Shown here piece by piece: positions 18,477 to 27,234 of a stretch of DNA of 64,000 nucleotides. Location of the stretch: NCBI GenBank assembly GCA_038325875.1, contig JBBQJL010000002.1:64003-128002 (forward strand), read 5' to 3'. The notes under the pieces were generated by a model that was not told where the DNA came from, made no database searches, and was given only the letters and a program-made list of their open reading frames with translations. Each line of letters begins with the position of its first letter. Positions within the stretch are counted from its first letter, which is position 1. This DNA comes from Candidatus Limnocylindrales bacterium (GTDB lineage Bacteria > Chloroflexota > Limnocylindria > Limnocylindrales > CSP1-4). Both the position numbers and the translations under genes were made by a program.

Positions 18477-19094
18477 TCACGCGTGCTTGACGACGATCCG
18501 CTCGATGATGTTGGCCACGTCCTCACAGGCATCGACGGCCGCCTCGAGGAGGTTGTAGATCTTCTTCCACTTGATGATCTCGACCGGGTCCGGGTCGCCG
18601 TCGAACAAGTCGGCGATCGCCCCCCGGACGAGCTGATCGCCCTCGTTCTCGAGGCGGTGGACCTCGATCCAGTAGCGGTCGAGTCCCTTGAAGCCGCGCA
18701 GGTTCTGGAGCGCCTCGTGGAGCAGCTCGACCTGCTTGACGATGATCGCGGACTGCAGGACCGCGGTCGCCGTGGGGGCGTCGATCCGGTACAGGCCGAA
18801 CGTGTCGCCGATCTCCTCGATGAAGTCGAGCACATCATCGAGCCCGCTGATCAGGCTATGGATATCCTCTCGGTCGAACGGCGTGACGAAGGTGCCTTCC
18901 AGGCGGCGGCCGATGTCATGGCTGATCTCATCGCCGCGCCGCTCCGCATCGCGGAGCTCGGCATTGCGCCGAGGCAGATCGTCGAAGCTGCGCAGCATCG
19001 CGTCGAGCATCCGGGCGCCAGCCAGCACGTTCGCCGCGTCCTCGACGAACAGGTCGAAGAAGCGCTCGTCGCGCGGGATGATCCGAAGTCGCAC
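18477..19094 (-). CDS. DUF47 family protein (PhoU-like Pit accessory/regulatory protein)
   Basis: It is all-helical with FFDLF..., EISHDI..., FVTPFDREDI and the C-terminal CEDVANIIERIVVKHA, typical of DUF47/TIGR00153. GTG 19094 has AGGAGG 7 nt upstream. Confidence 0.75.
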   Translation of the reverse strand: MRLRIIPRDERFFDLFVEDAANVLAGARMLDAMLRSFDDLPRRNAELRDAERRGDEISHDIGRRLEGTFVTPFDREDIHSLISGLDDVLDFIEEIGDTFGLYRIDAPTATAVLQSAIIVKQVELLHEALQNLRGFKGLDRYWIEVHRLENEGDQLVRGAIADLFDGDPDPVEIIKWKKIYNLLEAAVDACEDVANIIERIVVKHA

Positions 19095-19168
19095 GTCCGA
19101 GCCTCCTGGGATGGTCAGCGGGCCTCCAACTCTATCCCATCCGGTGCGGGCCAGCCCCCGGCGCGAGC

Positions 19169-20446
19169 GTGTGCGATGCTCCGGGGGTGGACACGCTGGT
19201 CGTCGCATTCATCGTCATCATGGCGATCCTCCTCGGGATCGCGCTAGCCCTGGCCATCGTTCGGGGCCGGGAGCTCGCCCGGATCCGGGAGTCGTTGGCC
19301 GGCAGCCACGAGCCCGGCGGTCCCTCGGTCGCTCCCGGCTCGATCGACCCAGAACAGACGATCCGGTCCCTGCTCGATCGGTCGAGCACGGCCGAATGGC
19401 AGACCGGCCAGGTCCTCCGCGACCGGGCGGCTCTGCTGGACATCATCGGGGTGGGCATCGTTCGGCTCGACGACAGGCTCCTCGTCGACGTCGCGAACGA
19501 GGCCGCTCACCAGTTCCTGGGCCGTCCACCTGGGTCGCTCGTCGGGCGGAGCGCGATCGAGGCGTTCATCGACCCGATCATCGAGGGCGTCGCGGAGACC
19601 GCCCGCGAATCAGGCGCTGCGAACGGCGAGCTGACCCTGCGTCGCGATGATGGGCCGACCCTCATCGTCCGGGCCCGTCGGTCGCCGGTCGCCGGCATCT
19701 GGCTGATCATGGAGGATGTCTCGGAGCTTCGCCGCCTCCAGCGGATCCGGGCCGAGTTCATCGACAACCTGTCCCACGAGCTGCGCACCCCGTTGACCAC
19801 CGTCAGCCTCCTGGCCGAGACCCTGGTCCGCGAGGCCGACCATGCCGGTGAAGCGATCCCGCCCAGGATGCGCGATCGGATCGGCAAGATCGAGGTCGAG
19901 ACCGATCACCTGGTCCAGATGATGGAGGAGTTGCTCGACCTGTCCAGGATCGAGTCGGGCGGCCCTCTCCTGATGCTCGACGAAGTCGACCTCGGGCGGG
20001 TCGCCATCGCCTCGGTGGAGCGGCTCCGCCTGTTCGCCGAGCGAGGGGGCGTCGAGCTCAGGACGGAGGTCCCGGCCGGCGTGCCGACGGTCCGGGGCAA
20101 CGACGATCGTCTCGGGCAGGTCCTGGTCAATCTCCTCCACAATGCGGTCAAGTTCAGTCCGGACGGCGGCAACGTCGTTGTCCGGGTCGAGGCCACCACC
20201 GAGGATGTCATCTTGTCCGTCCAGGACCACGGCGTGGGGATCCCGAAGGCCGACCAGGCGCGGGTCTTCGAGCGCTTCTACAAGGCCGACAAGGCGCGCC
20301 GACGGGGCGGCGGGACGGGCCTCGGGCTGGCCATCGCCCGGCATGTCGTCGAGGCCCACGGCGGCCGGATCTGGGTCGAGTCCGAAGAGGGCCGCGGCTC
20401 GACCTTCTCGTTCGCCTTGCCGATCGTCGTTCCGGCGCCAATCTGA
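19169..20446 (+). CDS. sensor histidine kinase, PhoR/SenX3-like (TM, PAS, HisKA, HATPase_c)
   Basis: It has the H-box FIDNLSHELRTPLT, the N-box LLHNAVKFS and the G-boxes QDHGVGI and GTGLGLAIARHVVEAHGG. The start could be GTG 19169 or GTG 19187. Confidence 0.9.
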   Translation: MCDAPGVDTLVVAFIVIMAILLGIALALAIVRGRELARIRESLAGSHEPGGPSVAPGSIDPEQTIRSLLDRSSTAEWQTGQVLRDRAALLDIIGVGIVRLDDRLLVDVANEAAHQFLGRPPGSLVGRSAIEAFIDPIIEGVAETARESGAANGELTLRRDDGPTLIVRARRSPVAGIWLIMEDVSELRRLQRIRAEFIDNLSHELRTPLTTVSLLAETLVREADHAGEAIPPRMRDRIGKIEVETDHLVQMMEELLDLSRIESGGPLLMLDEVDLGRVAIASVERLRLFAERGGVELRTEVPAGVPTVRGNDDRLGQVLVNLLHNAVKFSPDGGNVVVRVEATTEDVILSVQDHGVGIPKADQARVFERFYKADKARRRGGGTGLGLAIARHVVEAHGGRIWVESEEGRGSTFSFALPIVVPAPI

Positions 20447-21198
20447 TGACCATCGACCGGCTTCATGTCGCGACCCTCAACATCCTCAACCTGGCCGATC
20501 GCTGGCCCGAGCGCCTGCCGCTCATCCTGGCCGACTTCGCAGCCCTCCAGCCCGACGCGATCGGCCTCCAGGAAGTCGTTTTCGTGATGCAGCAGGATCG
20601 GCTGATCGGCGCGGCCGGGGTCGGCGAGTACCGGTCGGTCCGGGGTTGGGCCGGCCGACCCGAATACGGCAACGCGATGCTCCTGCGGGCGGGGCTCGAG
20701 CCGACAGCGAGCGATCGTCTCGACCTCGGTCTGGAGCGTTCCGCCCAGCGGGTCGTGCTCGACCTGCCGGGCGGCTCGACCGTCCTGTTCGCCGTCACCC
20801 ACCTGCATCACGCCGTTCCGGCTGTTGCCGAGCGAGCCGACCAGGCGCAGGCGATCGTGGCCTGGCTCGATGGCGCCCCGACGACGACCGCCCAGATCGT
20901 GGTCGGCGACTTCAACGCCGATCCAGGCGAACCGGCCTATGCCCGGATGATCGCCGCCGGCTTCCGGTCCGCGTACCTTGAGGCGAACGGCGCAGAGCCG
21001 GCGGTCACCTGGCCGTCCGGGCTCCAGGCGCCGGCCATGGACACGGACGGCGACCCGGATTGCCTCGACTACATCTGGGTCCGCGGAGCCGTCGCGATCG
21101 ACGACTGCCGGCTCGTCTTCGACCGGCCCGCGGTCGACGATCCGACGCTCTACCCGTCCGACCATCTCGGACTGGCGGCGCACCTGCGGGTCGGCTGA
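20446..21198 (+). CDS. endonuclease/exonuclease/phosphatase (EEP) family protein
   Basis: It has VATLNILN, IGLQEV, VVGDFN and the C-terminal SDHLGL catalytic His block. The ATG overlaps the HK stop (TGATG). Confidence 0.7.
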   Translation: MTIDRLHVATLNILNLADRWPERLPLILADFAALQPDAIGLQEVVFVMQQDRLIGAAGVGEYRSVRGWAGRPEYGNAMLLRAGLEPTASDRLDLGLERSAQRVVLDLPGGSTVLFAVTHLHHAVPAVAERADQAQAIVAWLDGAPTTTAQIVVGDFNADPGEPAYARMIAAGFRSAYLEANGAEPAVTWPSGLQAPAMDTDGDPDCLDYIWVRGAVAIDDCRLVFDRPAVDDPTLYPSDHLGLAAHLRVG

Positions 21199-21866
21199 TG
21201 GCCGTCGTCCCGGGCCTCCGCCTGGCCCATCGCGGCGACCACCGCACACACCCCGAGAACAGCCTGGCGGCCATCCTCGGAGCGATGGATGTGGCCGGTT
21301 GCGACGGCGTCGAGTTCGATGTCAGGGCCTCGTCGGACGGGATCCCGATGCTCATCCACGACGACACGCTCGAGCGGACCCACGACCGTCCGGAATCGGT
21401 CGGCGAGCTGAGTGCGGCCGAGCTCGAGGCGCTCGGGGTGGCGCGCCTGGACATCGCGCTGGCCGCCCTGCCACGCCGAGCCTTCCTGGACATCGAGCTC
21501 AAGGAATCGTTCGGGCGGTCGCTCATCGAGGTCCTGGCTGCCGGACGCGGCCCCGACCTGAAGGACGCGGTCATCTCGGCCTTCGACCCAGCCGTCCTCA
21601 GCCGCATCCACGGCCTGGTCCCGGGCTGGCCGTGCTGGCTGAACAGCCCGAACCTGACCAGGGCCACGATCGCCCGGGCGATCGAGCTTGAGTGTGTCGG
21701 CGTGTCGGTCGAGTGGGCAGCCCTCACCCGCGCGACCGTTCGTGCCGCGGAGGTGGCCGGTCTGCAGGTCGCCGCCTGGACGGTGACGGAACGAGCGACC
21801 TACACCCGGCTGGTCGAGCTCGGGGTCGGCGCGATCTGTGTCGAAGGGGAGGCGCTCACCGCCTGA
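21198..21866 (+). CDS. glycerophosphodiester phosphodiesterase family protein
   Basis: It has the GDPD motifs AHRGD...PENSL, VEFDVR and LIHDDTLERT. The ATG overlaps the EEP stop (TGATG). Confidence 0.8.
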   Translation: MAVVPGLRLAHRGDHRTHPENSLAAILGAMDVAGCDGVEFDVRASSDGIPMLIHDDTLERTHDRPESVGELSAAELEALGVARLDIALAALPRRAFLDIELKESFGRSLIEVLAAGRGPDLKDAVISAFDPAVLSRIHGLVPGWPCWLNSPNLTRATIARAIELECVGVSVEWAALTRATVRAAEVAGLQVAAWTVTERATYTRLVELGVGAICVEGEALTA

Positions 21867-21917
21867 CCCGACCGCAGCCGCGCGCCGGGCAGCCGGGCCG
21901 TTCCTGTCACGCCGTCC

Positions 21918-22406
21918 CTACTTCGGCCGGCGGAGCAACTCGGGCGGCAGGAGCCAGCGCAGGACGCCGGTCCCCGCGGCGAGCGGGCGGGCGATGTCGA
22001 TCCTGGCCATGGCGCCCTTGCGCATCTCGATATCGAGCGCACCGGTCAGCAGCCCGAGTGCCTCGCTGAAGTCGGGATCATGTCCGATCAGGACGACGGA
22101 CGACGGATCCCCGGCGTCGGTCAGGATCGCGTCGATCGTCGCCCGAGACAGGATGTCGGCCAACCGGTCGTCGACGACCGGCCGGACCCCGAAGTGGGCG
22201 GCGAACAGGTCCGCGGTCTCTCGGGCCCGGACCTTCGGCGAGGTCACGATGGCGTCGGTGTCGAACCCGAGGCCCTTCAGGTGCGCTCCGAGTCGGTCGG
22301 TCTGGTCACGGCCCTTGGCCGACAGCGGTCGATCGTAGTCGGAACCCTGCCACTTGAGCGGGTCACCGGCGTGGGCGTGACGAAGGAGGTAGAGCTCGAT
22401 CGTCAT
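21918..22406 (-). CDS. sixA: SixA-type phosphohistidine phosphatase
   Basis: It is a 162-aa histidine-phosphatase-superfamily protein with LLRHAHAG (RHG-type motif), SPKVRARETA and LIGHDPDFSE. Confidence 0.75.
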   Translation of the reverse strand: MTIELYLLRHAHAGDPLKWQGSDYDRPLSAKGRDQTDRLGAHLKGLGFDTDAIVTSPKVRARETADLFAAHFGVRPVVDDRLADILSRATIDAILTDAGDPSSVVLIGHDPDFSEALGLLTGALDIEMRKGAMARIDIARPLAAGTGVLRWLLPPELLRRPK

Positions 22407-22418
22407 CCGGTCAGGATG

Positions 22419-23147
22419 TCACGGATTGAGGTCGACGATCTCGCCGGTCGCGAGGAACACGATGTCCTCGGCGATGTTGGTGACCCGGTCGCCGATCCGC
22501 TCGAGGTAGTGCGCCGCGAAGAGGATCCGGGTGCCGGGATCGACGTTGGCCGGATCGGCCCGCATCAACGCCAGGGTCTCCTCGAACGTCCGGTGGTAGA
22601 GCCGATCGACCTCGTCGTCGCGAGCCGCGACGGCGCGCGCTGCGACCTCGTCGATGTCCACCAGGGCACTCAGGATCCCGCGCACGAGCGAGGCGGTCAG
22701 GCGGGCCATCTCGGGCAGGCCGCGGTAGTCGCCGAGCGGAGCGAACGGGGCGAGCTTGCGGGCCTGCTTCGCGACCGACGCCGCGTGGTCGCCCATCCGC
22801 TCGAGCTCATAGGTGACGTGGTCGAGCGACAGCAGGAAGCGCAGGTCGCGGGCCACCGGCTGCTGGGTCGCGATGACCGTGGCGATCTGGGACGACAGGT
22901 GGAATTGGGCCTCGTTGATCCGACGATCCTCGCGGATGACGTTGAGCGCCTGCTCCGCGTCGTGGTGGACGAGGGCGTCGAGGGCGGCCAGGATCTGGTC
23001 CTCGACGAGGACGCCCATCCGCAGGACGCCGTCCTTGATCTCGCGCTGACCGCGGTCCAGCTCGGGCCGCACGGAATGTCCGGACTCGTGGGCGATCGTC
23101 GCGACCTGGTCGCGCACGAGATCGATTCCCTCGCGGTCGGTGGTCAT
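22419..23147 (-). CDS. phoU: phosphate signalling complex protein PhoU
   Basis: There are two PhoU repeats, with E(L/R)ERMGDHA and YLERIGDRVTNIAE metal-site motifs. GAGGAG RBS. It starts 10 nt after the pstB stop. Confidence 0.9.
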   Translation of the reverse strand: MTTDREGIDLVRDQVATIAHESGHSVRPELDRGQREIKDGVLRMGVLVEDQILAALDALVHHDAEQALNVIREDRRINEAQFHLSSQIATVIATQQPVARDLRFLLSLDHVTYELERMGDHAASVAKQARKLAPFAPLGDYRGLPEMARLTASLVRGILSALVDIDEVAARAVAARDDEVDRLYHRTFEETLALMRADPANVDPGTRILFAAHYLERIGDRVTNIAEDIVFLATGEIVDLNP

Positions 23148-23157
23148 GACGCTCCTC

Positions 23158-24102
23158 TCAGCCGAACCGACCCGAGACGTAGTCCTCGGTCAGCTGGTTC
23201 TTCGGGTTCGTGAAGATATCGTTCGTGATGCCGCTCTCAACGACGTACCCGGCCCGATCTTCGCCCATGGTCAGGAAGACGGTGATGTCCGAGGCGCGAG
23301 CCGCCTGCTGCATATTGTGAGTGACGATGACGATCGTCACGTCGTTCTTGAGCTCCATCATCAACTCCTCGATCTGGAGGGTCGCTCTCGGGTCGAGGGC
23401 AGAGCACGGCTCGTCCATGAGGATGATCTCGGGGTCCGTGGCGATCGCCCGGGCGATGCACAGCCGCTGCTGCTGGCCCCCCGACAGCGACAGACCCGAT
23501 TGCTTGAGCTTGTCTTTGACATCGCTCCACAGGGCTGCGCGGCGAAGGCTTCGCTCGACGAGCTCGTCCATGTCGCCCCGATAGCCGTTGATCCGGGCGC
23601 CGAACGCGACGTTGTCGTAGATCGACTTCGGGAAGGGGTTAGGCTTCTGGAAGACCATCCCGACCCGCCGACGGACGGCAACCGGGTCGACCTCGGGCGC
23701 GAACAGGTCCTGGCCGTCGAGCAGGACAACGCCCTCGTGGCGGAAGCTCGGGACGAGCTCGTTCATCCGGTTGAGCGTCCGGAGCAGGGTCGTCTTGCCG
23801 CAGCCCGACGGGCCGATCAGCGCGGTGATCTGCCGCCGCGCCACCGTGAGATCGACATCGCGGACGGCCCTGAACGCGCCGTAGAAGCACGACAGGCCTC
23901 TGAGCTCGAGGGCGAACTCGGCCGACGGATCGACGCCGGCGGTCGACTTCACTTCCGTCGCGTCCGGCTGGCCGGATCGGACCACGGACAGCCGGACGGA
24001 CGGCCGATCGGAGCCCTGGCCGTCGCTGAGCGGATCGGCGGCCGATGCATCCCGCACCGGCGCGTCGGTGGTCGGGCTGGCCAAGGGAGTCTCCTCTACC
24101 AC
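23158..24102 (-). CDS. pstB: phosphate ABC transporter ATP-binding protein
   Basis: It has Walker [10 protein letters not shown], the signature LSGGQQQRL, Walker B ILMDEP and the PstB C-terminus YVSGRFG. GTG 24102 overlaps the pstA stop. The N-terminal extension of about 55 aa, and therefore the start, is uncertain. Confidence 0.9.
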   Translation of the reverse strand: MVEETPLASPTTDAPVRDASAADPLSDGQGSDRPSVRLSVVRSGQPDATEVKSTAGVDPSAEFALELRGLSCFYGAFRAVRDVDLTVARRQITALIGPSGCGKTTLLRTLNRMNELVPSFRHEGVVLLDGQDLFAPEVDPVAVRRRVGMVFQKPNPFPKSIYDNVAFGARINGYRGDMDELVERSLRRAALWSDVKDKLKQSGLSLSGGQQQRLCIARAIATDPEIILMDEPCSALDPRATLQIEELMMELKNDVTIVIVTHNMQQAARASDITVFLTMGEDRAGYVVESGITNDIFTNPKNQLTEDYVSGRFG

Positions 24103-24995
24103 TGGATGTTGCGTGACAGGCGCACCCGCACGATGAGGGCGAGCGCATTGAGGATGAGCATGAGCACCAGGATGACGATGATCGTCGCCGCGCCGATCCC
24201 CTGGAAGTCGGCCTGCGGCCTCGAGATCCACTGGAAGACCTGGATCGGCAGGACGGTGTAACCGCCGTCGAGCGGCTGCGGCAGGAACGTCACGAAGGTG
24301 ACCGCCCCGACGAGAATGAGCGGCGCGGTCTCGCCGATCGCGCGGGCCATGGCCAGGATGATCCCGGTCATCAGCCCGGGTGCAGCGCCGGGGAGTACGG
24401 CGCCACGCACCACCTGCCAGCGGGACGCACCGAGCGCGTAGGCGCCCTCACGTTGCGAATCGGGCACGGCCCGGAGCGCCTCGACGCTGGCCAGGATGAT
24501 CACCGGCAGGATGAGCAGGACGAGGGTCAAGGCTCCCGAGATCAGGGTGTAGCCGAGGCCGAGGACGCGCACGAAGAGGGCGAGACCGAAGATGCCGTAT
24601 ATGATCGACGGAACGCCCGCCAGGTTCGAGATGTTCGTCTTCAGGAGGCGGTTGACGAAGCTGTCCCGGGCGTATTCCTGGAGATAGACCGCCGCGGCGA
24701 CGCCGACCGGGAATGCGATCAGGCCGACCAGGACCGTGATCATGATCGAGCCGACCAGCGCCGGCAGGATCCCCGCCTGCTGGGGTCGACGCGATGGGAC
24801 CCCCGTGATGAAGTCCCAGTCGACCCAGGGCAGGCCCTCGCGAAGCACGTCGAACAGGAGCAGGACGAGGGCCAGCAGGAGGATGAAGACCGCCAGCAGG
24901 CACAGGCCCAGGAACACCGTCCCGGTCAGTCTCCGGCGACCGAGCGCGGGCTGGAACTTCGCGTCCCGGGCGGATACGGCCGACGCGCTGGTCAT
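24096..24995 (-). CDS. pstA: phosphate ABC transporter permease PstA
   Basis: Only the C-terminal 299 aa of the 530-aa track ORF is permease-like (EAA region [21 protein letters not shown]). ATG 24995 overlaps the pstC stop (ATGA). Confidence 0.9.
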   Translation of the reverse strand: MTSASAVSARDAKFQPALGRRRLTGTVFLGLCLLAVFILLLALVLLLFDVLREGLPWVDWDFITGVPSRRPQQAGILPALVGSIMITVLVGLIAFPVGVAAAVYLQEYARDSFVNRLLKTNISNLAGVPSIIYGIFGLALFVRVLGLGYTLISGALTLVLLILPVIILASVEALRAVPDSQREGAYALGASRWQVVRGAVLPGAAPGLMTGIILAMARAIGETAPLILVGAVTFVTFLPQPLDGGYTVLPIQVFQWISRPQADFQGIGAATIIVILVLMLILNALALIVRVRLSRNIQW

Positions 24996-25909
24996 TCGTA
25001 TTGGTTCCGGTAGCGGGCGACGATCCGATTGCTGATGATGTTGAGCACGAAGGTCATCGTGAACAGCACGGCCGCCACGGCGAACAGGGACTTGAACTGG
25101 ACCGACGTCTGGGGCGTGTCGCCGAGACTGATCTGGACGATGAACGCCGTCATCGTCTGGATGCTCTCCCGGGGATCGACCGACAACTGCGGGTTGGTGC
25201 CGCCGGCGATCACCACGATCATCGTCTCGCCGATCGCCCGTGACATCGCCAGGATGATCGAGGCCATGATCCCCGACAGGGCGGACGGGACGACGACCTT
25301 GCGGACGACTTCGAACTTGGTGGCCCCCATCGCGAAAGCGCCCTCGCGCAGGCCGCGCGGCACGGCCCGCATCGCATCCTCGGACAGGGAGGCGATGACC
25401 GGTGTCACCAGCAGGCCGACCATCAGCCCGGCAGACAGCGCGTTGAAGGTCCCGACACCGAACAGCGGCTTGAGGATCACCGGGGTCAGAAAGTTGATGG
25501 CGAAGAAGCCAAGGACGATCGTCGGGATGCCGGCGATCGTCTCGAGGATCGGCTTGATCGCCGTGCGCGTGCGCGGGGAGGCGTACTCGGCCAGGTAGAT
25601 CGCCGCGAGCAGACCGAGCGGGATCGCCACGACGAGGGCGATGATCGCGACAAGGAGCGTCCCCAGGACCAGCGGCAGGACGCCCCACCGGAACGGCTCG
25701 ATCGACGCCGACCAGACCGTCCCCGTCAGGAACTCGACGATGCCCACGAGGCGGAAGAACTCGATCGTCTGGAAGGCCAGCACCAGCACGATCCCGATGG
25801 TGGTGACGACGCCCAGCGAGGCGGCCAGGAACAGCAGGGCCTCGATCGCCTGCTCCCGGCGGTGTGGCGGTCGAACGAGCGAGCGACTGGTCGCTGGCAG
25901 TGTGGTCAT
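24992..25909 (-). CDS. pstC: phosphate ABC transporter permease PstC
   Basis: It is a polytopic permease of about 305 aa with the EAA region AMGATKFEVVRKVVVPSALSG, placed between pstS and pstA. Confidence 0.9.
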   Translation of the reverse strand: MTTLPATSRSLVRPPHRREQAIEALLFLAASLGVVTTIGIVLVLAFQTIEFFRLVGIVEFLTGTVWSASIEPFRWGVLPLVLGTLLVAIIALVVAIPLGLLAAIYLAEYASPRTRTAIKPILETIAGIPTIVLGFFAINFLTPVILKPLFGVGTFNALSAGLMVGLLVTPVIASLSEDAMRAVPRGLREGAFAMGATKFEVVRKVVVPSALSGIMASIILAMSRAIGETMIVVIAGGTNPQLSVDPRESIQTMTAFIVQISLGDTPQTSVQFKSLFAVAAVLFTMTFVLNIISNRIVARYRNQYE

Positions 25910-25984
25910 CGACGACTCCGTTGGACGGTCCGAAGCGCCGACCCGCCGCGGTGACGGGATCGGCGCGACGAGAACGTGCGCGAC

Positions 25985-27022
25985 TTACTTGAGCGCGTTC
26001 GCGAGGGCGTCCTTCGACTTCTGGAGCACATCAGCGGTGGCCTCGATGTAGCCGACCTCGTCGACGTACGTGTTGACGTTGTCCAGGTAGTACCTGACGA
26101 AGGCTGCGAACTCGGGGCGCTTGAGCGCCTTGACGGAGGGGTAGATGAAGAGCGGCCGGCTGAGCGGCTTGTAGGTGCCGCCCGTGATGGTCTCCTTCGA
26201 CGGGGTGATGCAGCCACCGCCGCTGTCGATCGGGACGATCTTGATCTTGTCCTTGTTCTCCTCGTAGTAGGCGAACCCGAAGTAGCCCAGGGCGTTCTTG
26301 TCGCCGGCGATGCCGGTCACCAGCGCGTTGTCATCCTCCGACTGGGTGTAGTCGGACCGGCTCTGCTTGGCCTTGCCGTTGATGACCTCGGTGAAGTAGT
26401 CGAACGTGCCGGAGTCGGCACCGGGGCCGAACAGCTTGAACGGATCGGCCGGCCAGCCGGCGCGGATGTCCGCCCAGGTCTTCGCCGTGCTAGCGGCGTC
26501 CCACATCTTCTTGAGCTCGGCGGTCGTCAGGCAGTCGACCCAGGTGTTCTGCGGGTTGACCAGGACCGACAGCCCGTCGGTCGCGATGCCCAACTGGACC
26601 CAGTCGATCCCGCCTGCCTTGCACAGGGTTTCCTCCGACTTGGCATCGGCCGTGTCGCTCGAGGACGGCTTGATCGGCCGCGAGGCGTCGTTCATGTCGG
26701 TCTCGCCGGCGCAGAACTTCTTGAACCCGCCACCGGTCCCGGCGAACGCTGCGGTGACCTTGACGCCGGGGTTCGCCTTCTGGAACTCCTCGGCAACGGC
26801 TTCGGTGATGGGATAGACCGTGCTCGAACCGTCGATATTGACCGAGCCGGTGAGCGCTGCGGCAGAACCTGGTACGGCAGTTGCTCCGCCGGGGGCCGAG
26901 CTGGCCCCGGTCGTGGCGGCGCTGGTCGGGGCAGCCGACGAGCCGGAGCTCGAGCAGGCACCCGCCACGAGGGCGGCAACGAAGGCCAGGGTGGCGAGGC
27001 GCTTCGGGGTGGTGATGGTCAC
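25985..27022 (-). CDS. pstS: phosphate ABC transporter substrate-binding lipoprotein PstS
   Basis: GTG 27022 (AGAGGAA upstream) gives 345 aa. It has the lipobox LVAGAC and the PstS blocks IDGSSTVYPI, GTGGGF and YPLSRPLF-like (YKPLSRPLFIY). Confidence 0.9.
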   Translation of the reverse strand: MTITTPKRLATLAFVAALVAGACSSSGSSAAPTSAATTGASSAPGGATAVPGSAAALTGSVNIDGSSTVYPITEAVAEEFQKANPGVKVTAAFAGTGGGFKKFCAGETDMNDASRPIKPSSSDTADAKSEETLCKAGGIDWVQLGIATDGLSVLVNPQNTWVDCLTTAELKKMWDAASTAKTWADIRAGWPADPFKLFGPGADSGTFDYFTEVINGKAKQSRSDYTQSEDDNALVTGIAGDKNALGYFGFAYYEENKDKIKIVPIDSGGGCITPSKETITGGTYKPLSRPLFIYPSVKALKRPEFAAFVRYYLDNVNTYVDEVGYIEATADVLQKSKDALANALK

Positions 27023-27096
27023 GTCGATGAGTTCCTCTGGGCGGCGGGCATCATCGGCCCGCCTCTGCTTGGTCGTTACCCATCGAGGGTCGGTCG

Positions 27097-27140
27097 GTCG
27101 GATGAACGGACAGTCAGCGCCGTGTTCGTCGTTTGTTAAC
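27097..27140 (-). promoter_or_regulatory. four 11-nt-phased PHO-box-like direct repeats upstream of pstS
   Basis: Read on the minus strand the units are GTTAACaaacg ACGAACacggc GCTGACtgtcc GTTCATccgac. They lie 75-118 nt upstream of the pstS start and share the core seen before the phoP-like gene. Confidence 0.5.
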
Positions 27141-27234
27141 GATGTCGGGTCGTCCACCGGGACCCTGACGCGCGGTCGACCCACGGTCTGTCCCGCCGTG
27201 GCACGATGGACCGGACAGCCGCAGGGAGGCCGGG

